Assembly (NCBI GenBank): GCA_025603075.1
Contig: MU626289.1
Location: forward strand, 1 to 64,000
From: Neoconidiobolus thromboides FSU 785
Taxonomy: Eukaryota > Fungi > Entomophthoromycota
Length of the DNA stretch: 64,000 nucleotides
Reading direction: 5' to 3'
In this document: positions 48,468 to 61,151 of the stretch, one piece after another
Position numbering within the stretch: the stretch's first letter is position 1
Layout: the number at the start of each line of letters is the position of its first letter
Program-made: the position numbers and the translations under genes
Notes under the pieces: model-generated
What the model saw: the letters and a program-made list of their open reading frames with translations, nothing else
Database searches by the model: none
Told to the model about the DNA's origin: nothing

Positions 48468-48568
48468 TATGGGAGTGTTTTTTGGTTTCATTACTTTTTC
48501 CATCTTTTAAGCACTATTTGAGAGGAAAAATTGTTAGTAAAATTGTTAAGCAAAAATATACCTTCATA
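48468..48568 (-). mobile_element. MITE copy
   Basis: TA-TGGGAGTGTTTT...AAGCACTATTTGAGAGGAAAA...TACCTTCA-TA. Confidence 0.85.
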
Positions 48569-49475
48569 TATTTTATTTAATGCTATTTTATATAAGAGAT
48601 TAATTAATTTTTCTATTAAACTGCATGTTTGTCAACGCAGTTCGATATTTGAGCAAAAGTAATGTTAATGCATCATTCAATCAGGAAAATGAAAATAAAA
48701 TAATAAGGAAAGTAAATAAAGGAAAATATAATATATATGGATTCTCTTTGAAAAAATCAAATTTTGTATAGTTCTATCTGTTAAGATAATATAAAAATCG
48801 TCAAATGTAAAGACTGGAATAACTCACAGAAGCTACAAATTACTAATCAACAATTAGTTCCATAATAATTTATTGTGAATATTATTTCCCGCTTTGCTGC
48901 TTAATTAGATTTCAGAACAATAGATCAATGCACCAAAAGGTCAATGTCTATTATATATTTTAACCAGATACAAGTTGTTATACAAACTAGTTTTATTCAC
49001 TAAAATCCTTTTATATCACATACTATGTAGATATTAAAAATCTTTTTTTAAAAGCAGTATTAAATTCAAAAGTTTTAATAATATCTAATAATAAAATTTA
49101 AGGTTTTATAGCCGTAAAAAGGGATTTTTACCAAATTAAAGCCTTGGTATTGCTCTTTTAATTGGCAATTAATATGATTATGTTCTTTTAAATAGTCATA
49201 ACTTTAAGCTCCCCAGCTGCAAGCAATAAAAACATAGCTAATTATGGTAAGTGAAGATTTCAAAAACAAATTAAACATTCAATCATTATAAATTATGTTA
49301 AAAACGATCTTTTGATTGGACTATTTTAATCAGGAACTAATTTTGTCAATAAATTTTAAGTAACAAATACTTAGGATAAAATAATACAACAAAGGAAACC
49401 CTCGATTATTTATTTTTGTTGACCAAAAATTAAAAACTTTTTTATTTTATTAAAAACAATCCTTGAAGAATTGTA

Positions 49476-50275
49476 ATGTCACACAAATATTCATTATTAG
49501 CTGGTAAATGTACTAAGGACTGTGGTCTTGGAAAGGTATGCACTCTCGTCTTTAAAAGCACTGATACCTGTGAGAACTGTATTGAGGAAATGAGTTGCGC
49601 TGCAGACGGCTCACAATCAAGCTCTACTTCCTCCGATGGTTTATCTTCTGGGGCCGTAATTGGTATTGTATGTGGTGTTATTGGGGCATTAGGCTTATGT
49701 TTAGGTATTTTCTTATTTATTCGTGCTTATCGTCGTAGGCAACTAGAGAGAACTTTAAGAGGCAACAACTATTCTGGAGAATTTTCTGGTGAAGGAGTGG
49801 TAAGTTTATATAAGATTATTATTATTACCCTAAATAACTAATCGAATTTAATTAGAAATCAAAAGAAGAAGAAAATATTTTTGGAATTCAGTCAATTTTC
49901 AATAAAGCAGATATCAACCATTTAGAACAAGGATTTTATAGTGATAATGATGTATCAGTAATAAATACGATGAGAGCTACCGAATTAAAGGCCCATCGTC
50001 CAATAATTAAAGATACAACTGCTACTTCTGAAACTATTGAGGCTAATATAACTGGAACTTCTTTGACTAATGGATCATCAAAAGGAAACTCCAAGTTAGC
50101 TGCTTCAAGTTTAAGATCCAAAAGAAAAGAAGATACAACTGTAAGAAATTTTGATGTCAATGCTCCACTTCCAACACCTATCCCAGAAGAAAGCAGCACT
50201 TCTAAGTCCCAAAATGCTTTAAGTAATGGATTTCAAGGTAAAATTGAAGATAGATTTCAAAACGATATTGTTTAA
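49476..50275 (+). CDS. Opy2-like single-pass membrane protein, 6-Cys variant (intron 49800-49855)
   Basis: No signal peptide; Cys-rich N-terminus, Ser linker, one TM helix followed by RRR; exon 2 joins in frame. Confidence 0.7.
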
Positions 50276-51809
50276 CAATCTCGATTTTTTTCAAAAAATC
50301 TAGCTTATTTAAACAATACTTCTATCATTATTTTCATTTCTCTGACGCATATTTACCTCCAAACGCCATCTTCTTTAACTTTTAATAATCAATGTATAAA
50401 AGATTATAAATTATGTTTCAATTTATTTGTGTTGTTATGTTAAAATTGTCTTTGCTGTTCGAATAATCGTTTCATTTTAAACAGATATCATTGGTTTTTA
50501 TCATTTTACTATGACTTTAAAAGTTCAATCAAGTAATATTAAAATTACATTAGATTTACTCTTTTATAAAAGCTTTAACTTGGATATACAAAGTCATATT
50601 TCGGGTTTTACAAATTGAAATAATGCAATGAATTTTTGATGTTGTGCATACGAATACTTTCAAATAAATAGGTCTCTGTAATAGTTTCCTTAAGCTTATT
50701 TATCTTTCATATCTTTTTGAAAATATTACCTTATCTATTGGGTGTTCCTTTAAAGCTTAATATGTTAACAATTTTTCTTTAATTTCGCCAACGAATTTCG
50801 AATATTTCAATCCCACTAAAAGTTTATTTGAGAGTATATAAAGTCCCATCTCAAACTAGAAGCAGTTTACAAACTGTTGTGATTATTTTTATTAGCTCAA
50901 AGAAATACCGGCAATAGATTAGTCTTACCTGCGATTCTCAACTCCAAAAAAAGAAGTTAGTGAGGGTTTTATCCTATATTATGTTATAGGTATTGAAGTT
51001 ATTCTTTTTGGAAATAGCTATTCTTGAAGAGAATTTAATTAAAACTAAGCTCAAATTTAATACTAAAGTTGAATAACTGTATATTCAACTTTACACTAAA
51101 GGATGAACATTGCTGTAATTATTCGAAGCAAGCAAATGATTTCGAGGCCAAAATTTAGACTGTGAAACAGCTTTATGAAATATAATGGGTATAATAAATA
51201 TTTAAATAAAATTGAGGGATTTTTAAGGGATAGCTTCAGCTTAATGCAATCAATAAATCTTCAGAACATTTTCTAATTAAAATTTAATAGGGATATGGTA
51301 TATTATGAGGTATTATTGGTTGAAATATTATTAGAATTTCTAAAACTGGTCAACCTTCAAACCAAATATTTAGTATAAAAAAGCATGAGTAACGCAAACA
51401 TAATATATTTTTTATACTATATTTAAGTTTAAATTAAAAATAAGAGTCTAAAATTAATAAAACTTTGGGTCTAAATCATAAAATAGATTATAGTCGATTT
51501 TAAACTCATTAAATCCACAAACTTAAATTTAAGGACTTGAATTCATTTTCATTAACTAAATGAAGGTCGTTCCTTATTTATACAAATCACTCACATAAAT
51601 TCGGCACTAAGAACAAAAGAAGCTTCTCTAGCCAATCATCATGGTTTCAATTCTAGTTTGAATTATTATCATTAGAACTAAGTTTAATAAATAGAATAGA
51701 GCAAACCAGATACTAAATAGAAAGTTAAAAATAAATACTATATTAAATTTCCTAGTTGATTGGATCTTAACCTTTTTCACTTCTTAATTTAAATCGACAA
51801 CACTCTCAA

Positions 51810-52644
51810 ATGGGTAAAAGTGATTGTCCTAATTGCAAACAAACTGCTTTTAATTGTGATCCAAAGTGCCCGAATCCTCAAAAATGTGTTCAAAAATTTA
51901 TTGATTGTAATGTATGCTTCAAAACAGTGTGCGTGGATGAAAACGGCAATATCAGTGAGGCTAGTTTAAGCCAATCTTCAAATTCAGGAGTTTTATCAAC
52001 ACCCTCTATTATCGGTATAGCTTGTGGCAGCGTTTTCTTTGTTTTTATATTAGTTATAGTATATCTTATTATGCGATATCGCAGGCATAAAGCAATTCAA
52101 GTTCCTGGGAGCGTTGCAACTTCTAGGCTGAATCTGGTAAGAGTTACCATTTATATATTAAGATTTCACTTAAATTTTTTAGAATACAATTAAAGAAGAG
52201 GAAAAGCTTCATGGGATTCAATCTATTTTTACTCAACCTAATGAAGATCTTGATCATATTTACTCAGATAATGAAGATATTTACTCAAAAACAAATACCA
52301 AGCTAAGTGGAATTGGTAGGAACTCATTATTAAGTCCATTAGACGTTATAAATAAACCTGAAAAAGCTGTAAAAGCTAGAGCTTCCGTTCTTACAGCGAC
52401 AAGTTTAAATCGTGCAAGTCCATCCGATTATAGTGATATGGAACAAAAAGGAACTACAAAAAATGATTTTTATGAAACTGCAGAATCTCTTATTTTAGAC
52501 TCCTCATTTAGAGTTTCTGTGGAACCAGCCAAAATCACTAAATTTAATGAAAGCAAAAGTTTGGGTTTGGATTATAGTTATTCAAGTAATAATGGAAAGG
52601 GAAGTGATAAATTTGAAAATCGGTTCCAAGATAACATTTTATAA
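51810..52644 (+). CDS. Opy2-like single-pass membrane protein, 8-Cys (intron 52137-52182)
   Basis: C-x2-C-x6-C-x3-C-x5-C-x6-C-x2-C-x4-C closely follows Opy2-domain spacing; shares KEEE..GIQSIF, YSDN and terminal RFQxxI motifs with 49476-50275. Confidence 0.75.
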
Positions 52645-54415
52645 TTCTGTTTATATCTATAATATATCATCCTTCTTAAATGCTGAAATAGTGCTATTAC
52701 GACAAGTAACACTTCACTTTTCGATTTAAATGTATCTAATTAATTGAAACATGTTAATAAATTTGACTACTTTTGTATTAGTTATCAAAAAAATTGATAA
52801 CAACTATATTAAAATAAAATATTTTAAAGATGATATTTAGCATGTAGATTAAAGCAAAATTATTTTTTATGGTAAATTACTCTTATTAATATTAATAGCT
52901 AATTTAAAACTTTGTATGATCAAATCTAACTTTACTTACCTAACTGTAAAATTATATAGTCTTTGATAAACTATATAAATTTTTTGACTTACAAATGTCG
53001 ATTTTATAAACCTCAATCTTTTTTCTTATTTTGTGAATGTATGAGTGTACTCTCAATTATTGAAACCATTTATACAAGTTGATATATAGGTTAGTTTAAA
53101 AACTTGAATCATAATTAAAAAAATTAGCAAAAATTGCAAATTAACACTAGGTACTAGAAAAATATTTGCTTTTTTGCTCAACTCTAAAATAACCTATATT
53201 AAGATGTTTTTTGTCCAGTTTTGCTTAATAGTTTTAAAAAAAATTACACTACAGGAATAGACAAAAAAGTGAACCGAAGAATTGTTTCTAATTTCAACTT
53301 AGCTTTTAAACTTACTCATATTAAAACCATTGTTTTCATTTGACCATAATGCTATGAGTCAACCATTACCAAGACTTAAAATTGAGTTGCTTAAGCCAAC
53401 TAATTTTTGCGTCACTTGCTGGAAATTCTATCACTCAAGTTAGCAACTATAAAAAATTTCGACTGTGGAGAAATAAAACCGAATTAAGTTCTAAATTGAA
53501 ATGAAAACCAAGTTAATTAATTAGATTAGCTATTTCTGTAATAAATTAATAAATGTCCAACTTGCAAATATTAGAAATTACTCCCTTTTTTGATTCATGG
53601 TGCTTCTAACTTAAAGTTTCCCCATCCTTTTCTTTTAACTTTTAATAAATGGATCGAGTTTTTTTGTAAAGTTACCGAGTTATAATAGTAAAAAGTAACA
53701 AATTAAAATTAATAAACTAGTTATTTAAATAGTATATTTTAATCTTTCATTTTTCCTTACTCTTTTTATAAAATCTATTTATTAGTTTATTATTTATTAT
53801 TTAATTTTAGGGAATGTAAGAAGTTTTAACGAGATTTTATTTGATTTTTAAGCTCATTTCATTTTTCCTTTCTAACGAAAATGTTATTGCAAATTCAGTG
53901 TGTAAATTTGAGTATTTTGGTTAAAACTGTTCAAACTTACTACAAGAATAAGCCAATAGCACAGAACGGAACATATTTTTTAATGGGTAAAATTCTTTTA
54001 AGCCAATAATATAACTTTAGATCAGTTCTTGTTCACTTGATTGATTGAGAAGTATCAAATAAAGTTCTATTGTCCCGCCTTAAATAATGTGGTAATTCCC
54101 TTGATTTTGAACAAGGGCCTTCTAAATTAAGAAATGGTAGCCAAAATTTGCAATTTAACTGGAGTTCAAGAAAGAAACTCCTAAGTTATTATCCCTATTT
54201 TGATTTTTTAATTAAATCCTTTGAATAATTTGTTTATTTCTCTTTTTGATTATATTTAATATCCAACCTTATTACTAGATTCATTAATTATTTATAATAA
54301 GTTGACTCATCTTCCTTCAACCTTAAGATTTCTTAGAATAGTTGTACCTTTTAATTTTATATTTCCCTAATATCCCCTGTTTTATTATTATTTAAACTGA
54401 TTATAATACTTAAAA

Positions 54416-55663
54416 ATGTCGGTTCAAACTGCAACCCAAGCTTCCTCAAAGTCACCCATTTCAAACATTGATATAATACCTAAACCAGCTAACTCTGAAA
54501 AAGACAATGCTCCTCAAAGTAAAGTTGTAGCTTCAGGCTCAACTAAGTCGGAGAAAAGTAAGCTTGTGCCTTACAATACTAAACCAAAACTAATAACCGA
54601 TTTAGCCTCAAAGAAAGGAAAGGGAAAGTCAGAAAAGGGTTCATCTAAACTTAGCTGTAAGAACCCATTCTCACTTTTTATGTGTTGGAGTAGCCCTGAA
54701 AAGATGGAGTTTGAAGAAAAAACACCGTTGCCTGCACTCCCTCCTTCAAACGAAAAAACAGTAGAGGAAGAGACTCAAGTTGAAAAGCCTTCTTCTCCCG
54801 ATAGTTTAATTTATTCGGCCTCCCCAGATGGTAGCCCTCCAACTGCTATTGTTATTGAAAAAAGTTTACCTGATCCTAAACGCATTTCTACCGTAAGTTA
54901 TATGCTTTTTTTATGGAGATTAAAACTGATTATTGTTTAGAGTTCAAGAAAATATCTTCTTGATCCACCTATCTCTGAATTTGAGAATAAAAAGTGCTTA
55001 GTGTTGGATTTGGATGAAACATTAGTTCATAGTTCTTTTAAGGTAATTAGGATAATGCTATTATAATATATTCATAAATTAATTTGAATTAGCTTATCGA
55101 ACATCCAGATTTTATAGTACCAGTCGAAATTGATAATCAATTTCATAATGTTTATGTTGCTAAAAGACCAGGTGTAGATGAGTTCCTTTTAAAAGTTGGA
55201 GAGATATTCGAAGTTGTCGTATTTACAGCTAGTTTATCTAAAGTAATATCACTGTTTATGCTACATTTAATAAATATTAATTTTCGTTTTTACAGTATGC
55301 TGATCCTGTACTCGATATGTTAGATAGACATAAAGTTATCAGCCACCGATTATTCAGAGAATCCTGTTATAATCACAATGGTAACTATGTTAAGGTAAGC
55401 TATTATTATATAAATTAATAGTACAATTATTAATATAAACTTAGGATTTATCTCAAGTTGGTCGTGATCTTGCTCACACTATAATTATTGATAACTCCCC
55501 CACAAGTTATTTATTTCATCCAGCTAACGCCGTACCTATCACAACCTGGTTTAACGATCTTCATGATACTGAATTACTGGACCTTATTCCTTTCCTTAAA
55601 GATCTTTCAACCGTTGATGATGTTACAAAGGTGCTGGATAACACCAACAATGAAATTGCTTGA
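54416..55663 (+). CDS. NIF/SCP-type HAD phosphatase (Psr1/Psr2-like, multi-exon)
   Basis: [49 protein letters not shown]. Confidence 0.92.
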
Positions 55664-56591
55664 TTGAGTTGAGTAGTATAAAATTCAAAGATCAAAACTC
55701 ACATTTGCATATTGTTTTTAAAAGAAAAGCGAATTCAAACTATAAAAAAGGGAAATCACACTTGGTAAACCTAGCCTTAAACTAAATAAGTCTGAATTTT
55801 ATTTTATTAATTTTTGTTTTTGAATTGTACTACTGTTATATTTTAAAGTGGGGTTTTTTATTATTTTAATGCATTATAAAGCTCTTTTGGATAGATCTAA
55901 TTAAATCAGTTTTTATAATAAAGTTTTTATCAATTATGTTAAAAGAAACTAATATAAGTTTGCTTTGTTACTGTACTATTATATACTATAATATATTACT
56001 AAGTTAATTTTGCTAATGAGTTATAATCAAATAAATAGTAAGATATTAAGAACATTTTTAAAGCTAGCACATTAATTTGCATTCTGAAACCTTATTTTTA
56101 CCATCCTTTTTTATTTTGTACCACTATATATCTTTTATCATACTATCTAATAACTCTTGTACTAAAATTCATCTTAATAACAAGTAATAGTAGTAATATA
56201 AAACAAAGATAGATATATTGATAGCTATATAGCAAACAAGTCAAGTATTTTTAATATAATAAAAAAGTATAGTTTAAATTAGATATTTAGTTGTTGTTTA
56301 TTAAGATTCTTTCTATATGTTTTAGTAAAAAAAGTAGTTGAGCTAATTTTATTCTTAGAAATTTTTTTCAATTGTCTTGTTCTTTTATGTTTTATCTTAA
56401 AATAGTTATATAGTACAAAACTTTATATACTCTCAACTTAAAGATATATTGTATTAAGTTTACTTATGGTTCCTTAAATATAAAAACATAAATGAATCCA
56501 AAGTGCTTAACTGATTGGCTACCTATTTTTAAGACTAACGTCATAAATTTAATGACTATTAAGAAATAAAAAACATTTTTTAAATCAAAAG

Positions 56592-57820
56592 ATGAATAGC
56601 AAAAGAATATATTACTACGTCCAGTCCCCATTATATAAGAGCGTAGCTCAAAAACTCATTAAAAGAGAGTTTCATATACTAAATAACCCACAAAGGAATT
56701 TAATCAATAAATCTTATTTAAATATCAAAGAGACAAATGTAATATAATTCATTATTAGTAAATTAGAATTGATTTAAAGCATTAAAATATTAGCTAGACG
56801 ATCCATCAATTTCTGACAAGCTACCTGATAGACCAGTGAGCAACCCAGGAGAAGAAGACAATTTACCACCACCTCCAGAAAAAACAACGGATGTCATTTT
56901 GTTTCGTAATTTTATTTAATTTTACATTATTAAATTACTGAGTTTAAATTAATGTAGCTTGGCTATATGGAAACCAAAAGCATCGGTTTAACAACATGAA
57001 TTATATTTTAAGTCCCATGTTTAATAGATTGCCTATCTTCCCAGCAAGGTTTTACTTGTGGTTAAGTAGGATGCTAAGTCAATGGATTTTAAAGTTGTAT
57101 GCTATAGACTCTAGGTATTTTGAACAAGAATTTATTATGGGAGGTAAATTGTAATTAGCTGTTATATTATATATTATTATAAACTATTTCGTAGCTCAAT
57201 TAGCTTTCGAAAGGCTATGCCAAAGCTTAAGTTTGGGTGATCAAGAGGGTTTAAAAAGCATGATGGATGAAGATTTATATAAGTTTTATTCCAAAGAGTT
57301 AGAAAAAGTCAAAAAAGAAAAAGGAAGTGTGGCAATTAATGCTTTAAACATACACAATACATACATAAATGATGTTTTCATTACCCTTGGACCAAAAGAA
57401 GGTTATTCGATCCACAATGAGAATTATTTTAACTTGTTTTTGTTTACATGTAGAATCATTGTTAATAAAAAAATTGCTTTCAACAAGGAAACTGACAATA
57501 GCAATCGAAATGAAATACTTGAAGAATTAAAGAAAGGAACCCAGTTTAAATTATATGTAGAATGTGACGCAGATGTTAATTACAAGTTATCGGATGCCAC
57601 AACAATCATCGTTGATGATACATCACGTAGAAAGTTTATACTTACCTTTGATTCAGATTATTTTAACTTTTCAAAAGTTAGTAAGATAACTGAAGACGAA
57701 TGGAATTGGAAGCTAAGTGATATTGATCAAGTATTAGAATACAAAAACCGAGATTCCTTTTTAAAATGGTTTAAAAATCATTATAGTATAGATAAGATCT
57801 ATGATAAAAATCAGGAATAA
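56592..57820 (+). CDS. Probable mitochondrial Tim44-like/MAIP1-like protein (5 exons)
   Basis: Basic N-terminal leader; spliced EFIMG|AQLAFERLCQSLSLGDQEGLKSMM and terminal WNWKLSDID resemble Tim44-like domains. Exon structure reconstructed by eye. Confidence 0.5.
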
Positions 57821-57872
57821 AAAATAAACGTTTGTTAATTTTATTACTTTTTTATTTAAATAAATTATACTA

Positions 57873-58408
57873 TTAGTTATAGCCAGCGCTAGTTATAATA
57901 TTATTAGAATCAATGTACAAAGTTAATCTATTTGCCATAAAGAGCATAGAAACCGCTTCTCCAGGTTTAACAATACGGTATGGATTAGGTAAATTAGATT
58001 CATATACCTATAAAATACATTAGTGTTAAACTAGTGTAATCTAAAATTAAACTTACAGCATTTGATCCATAAGAAGTATTAGTATCTCCATTCAAAATCA
58101 ATTGTTTTCCAACATAAGATTTTACACTATTAGTATTTCCACTGTTATAATTGTTTGTGTTTCCACCGTTATAGTTAGTAGTAGGTGGTAAATTTAAAAT
58201 TGGAATTGGCATAGGAAAGTAACGTAAATAACCTTGATTAGCGTAGCTTGGAGTACCATAGCCTAAACCAAAAGCGGCATTTGAGCTTGAGTCATCACCA
58301 TTACAAATAAGGAATGATAGAGTAAAGATAAAAAGCTAAAAGAAATGTCAATAGTTATTAATTAAGCTAGATGGTATTACTTACTTGAACTAATAAATTA
58401 GAGTACAT
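57873..58408 (-). CDS. Secreted peptidase inhibitor, I78/potato inhibitor I-like (3 exons, 145 aa)
   Basis: Two 49-bp introns (58336-58384, 58008-58056) give an intact frame: signal peptide, then C-terminal LPNPYRIVKPGEAVSMLFMANRLTLYIDSNNIITSAGYN matching the RVIxPGxxVTMDxxxxRLxIxxD pattern. Confidence 0.8.
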
Positions 58409-59666
58409 AATTAAATTAAAATTTTTCTTTTCCTTTGGACTTTGCTTTTTATGCTTTTATAGTTTATTTTTTAACTAATTTTTTCACTAAGCCTTAGTTT
58501 AACTTTCCCCTTAAATGTTTAAATTTTGTCGCCATTTTGAAACCCACCCTAAATTTTTTCTTGATTCTAGCATCTACCCCATAAAAGTTGGGTAAGAAAT
58601 AAGATTCGAAAATTGATAAGTGCTAAAAAGTTATATAGACTTATTTTATAAAAACGTTAATAGAGATTTATCATCATATTGTATTGACGAGTGGTGCTTT
58701 TTTTAAAATAAGCTTGGCTTTTAAGCTTATTTAATCGAACTAAAGTAGGGGCTATATTTTAAGTGAAATATTTCACTTTAAACAACTTTTAATCTGCTCA
58801 ATTCAAAGGTTTGGGCATTTTATTTGTTTGACTTGAAATTGGAAAAATAAATGGGCAAGTTAAATTTTATTCAATTTTGAAATATTCGTTCAACTTGATT
58901 TTCTAAATTTTGCAAAATTTGTATATGAATGTTTCTATTGTCTATTTTTATCAGGGTAAAATTGGAAAGATAATTAGCTGCTGAATTCTGAAGTAAAAAA
59001 ACACCCTTGGTTTTTTTAGTTTAGCAAAAAGTCGACTGCATAATATTGTGCGCAGTTTACAATTTTTGTGCCAAATTAAAACTGAAAAAAATCTAAACAT
59101 TAGACTTAAACTAAATCATATGAAAAGAACTACTAAACAATAAAAAATTCGAATGTTTTTATACTCTCAAAATATGGTGAAAACCCCTAATGTATGAGTT
59201 CAATCCCTGTAAAACATTGTTTTTGAAAAGAAATTCAAACTTGTTTTTTAATTTTAGCATATAAATAAAAAACTTAGTTATTGATTTTAGCTTTATAAAA
59301 CAATTTTTATGAAAATAAAAGTTTTAGAATAAAACAATTCTGCTTGAATAAATTCTTGTCAGAAAGCCACCTTATTTTGAAAAATGATCATGTTTTTTGC
59401 TTGGGCAATAAGCTATTAAATTAATCTATCAGCTAAAGTTAGATGACTTCTGTTAATAATGGAGTCATAACATTCAGTAAAATAAATTTAATTTAAGAGG
59501 GGTTTTAACTAAACTGGATGAAAGAAAGCATGAGCATTGAGGTAGTTATTACTAAACGCTAAAAGTGGACTTTAAAAAAGACAATGGAGTAACCAAATTT
59601 GGTAAAATAATTAATTAAAAATGAAGTTATAAAAAATAGTTTATTAATAAGTTATAATAGATTTAT

Positions 59667-61151
59667 CTACAATTCTTGAAAATTCAAGTGCAAATTGATT
59701 GGCCTAAGGACTACACCTTTAGAGGTAATGATATCATCGGAATGAATTGAGTTTGATGGTAGTGTGATTTTGAACTTAGATAGAATGCACATCATTAGTA
59801 TTTTTTGCTCAATAATTGAAAGGTTTTGTCCAATACATATTCTAGAACCTCCACCAAAACCATACCAATTGTTCATTTTAGCTTTGTTAATTTGATTGTT
59901 TTGTAAGAATCGATCTGGTAAGAATGTACTGGGCTCTTCCCATATATTAGGATCATTCATTATAGAATAAGACTGTAAGATTATATTCGTCCCTTTTGGT
60001 AAATAGGTACCGTCATTACATGAGTAATCATTAATAAGCTTACGACGAATTTGCGGCAAAGTTGGTGTTACCCTCATACTCTCATAAATAATAGCTTCAA
60101 CATAGTTCATTTCTTTAACCATATCCATTGTCGGATACTTTGAATCACCATTAAAATGCTCAAGTATTTCTTTACGTGCTTTATCTTGAATATGTTGATT
60201 CTTTGCTAAGTGGTATAAAGTAAAGCTAAGGGTATTTGCAGTAGTATCATGTCCAGCAGCAAACATCACAACGATATTGTTAATAAGCTCATCATCAGTC
60301 AATCTTTTATGAACTTCTTCTTGCATAGTTGCTTCGATCATCAAACTTAACATGTCAACTTTATCTTCCTCCTCCTGTTTATTTGGATTATTTGACATTT
60401 GTAGTTTTTTAAATTTAATAAGATATTGAACTAAACCACGGAATTTATGAACCGCTTCTCTTTCCCTTATTCGTGATTCTAAATTGAGTTTTTCTAATAT
60501 TGGGAAAAAAAAGTAAATATCTTTAGATACCCCGGCTGCTGCTAAATTATAAGCTTTGGAATATTCACCTTCTTCAATATCTAAACAATTCAAATCAAAA
60601 CCCATGATGGTGTTACCTAGTATATCTAAAGTAGTCTTAGATATCAAATCATGAACATCAATGGATTTATTTCTACTCTTTTTTAAATGAATCATTAATC
60701 TTTTGACCGATTTTTCGTATTTGTTGACATTGATTTCTTTATGAAAGCAAGAGTTGATAATACGTCTATGTCTTTTCCAAGATTCTGTATGACTATACAA
60801 TACATTTTCACCCATATAATCCACGACTAATAAATCTTTAGATATTTCTGAAAACAACAATTTTTCAACTTGGTTATAATTCTTAAAGATATTATTAATA
60901 TCGGTGCTATCACTTATTACAACCCACCATTTGCCTAAATACCAACTTAACATAGGAGACTTAGAGTTAAACAAATAAGGCCAATAATTCAGTCTCATTG
61001 CTTTTAAGCTTGGATATTTTATAAAATTAAATAGAGAAGTAAAGAAACCGTTGCCCCTAGATAAATGTTGGATTTGGGCATCTGGTTTGGATTTTACTTT
61101 GATATAGTAGAATAAAGCGAATGTAAAAAGAATAAAATAAGTTAGTAACAT
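59667..61151 (-). CDS. Cytochrome P450 (family not assigned), intronless
   Basis: N-terminal anchor, AGHDTT I-helix, ESMR (ExxR), PDRF, heme motif FGGGSRICIG. Confidence 0.96.
   Translation of the reverse strand: MLLTYFILFTFALFYYIKVKSKPDAQIQHLSRGNGFFTSLFNFIKYPSLKAMRLNYWPYLFNSKSPMLSWYLGKWWVVISDSTDINNIFKNYNQVEKLLFSEISKDLLVVDYMGENVLYSHTESWKRHRRIINSCFHKEINVNKYEKSVKRLMIHLKKSRNKSIDVHDLISKTTLDILGNTIMGFDLNCLDIEEGEYSKAYNLAAAGVSKDIYFFFPILEKLNLESRIREREAVHKFRGLVQYLIKFKKLQMSNNPNKQEEEDKVDMLSLMIEATMQEEVHKRLTDDELINNIVVMFAAGHDTTANTLSFTLYHLAKNQHIQDKARKEILEHFNGDSKYPTMDMVKEMNYVEAIIYESMRVTPTLPQIRRKLINDYSCNDGTYLPKGTNIILQSYSIMNDPNIWEEPSTFLPDRFLQNNQINKAKMNNWYGFGGGSRICIGQNLSIIEQKILMMCILSKFKITLPSNSIHSDDIITSKGVVLRPINLHLNFQEL

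Noticed and set aside
59165-59215. tRNA-like GAGTTCAATCCC segment
   Set aside because: No acceptor or anticodon stems can be formed.
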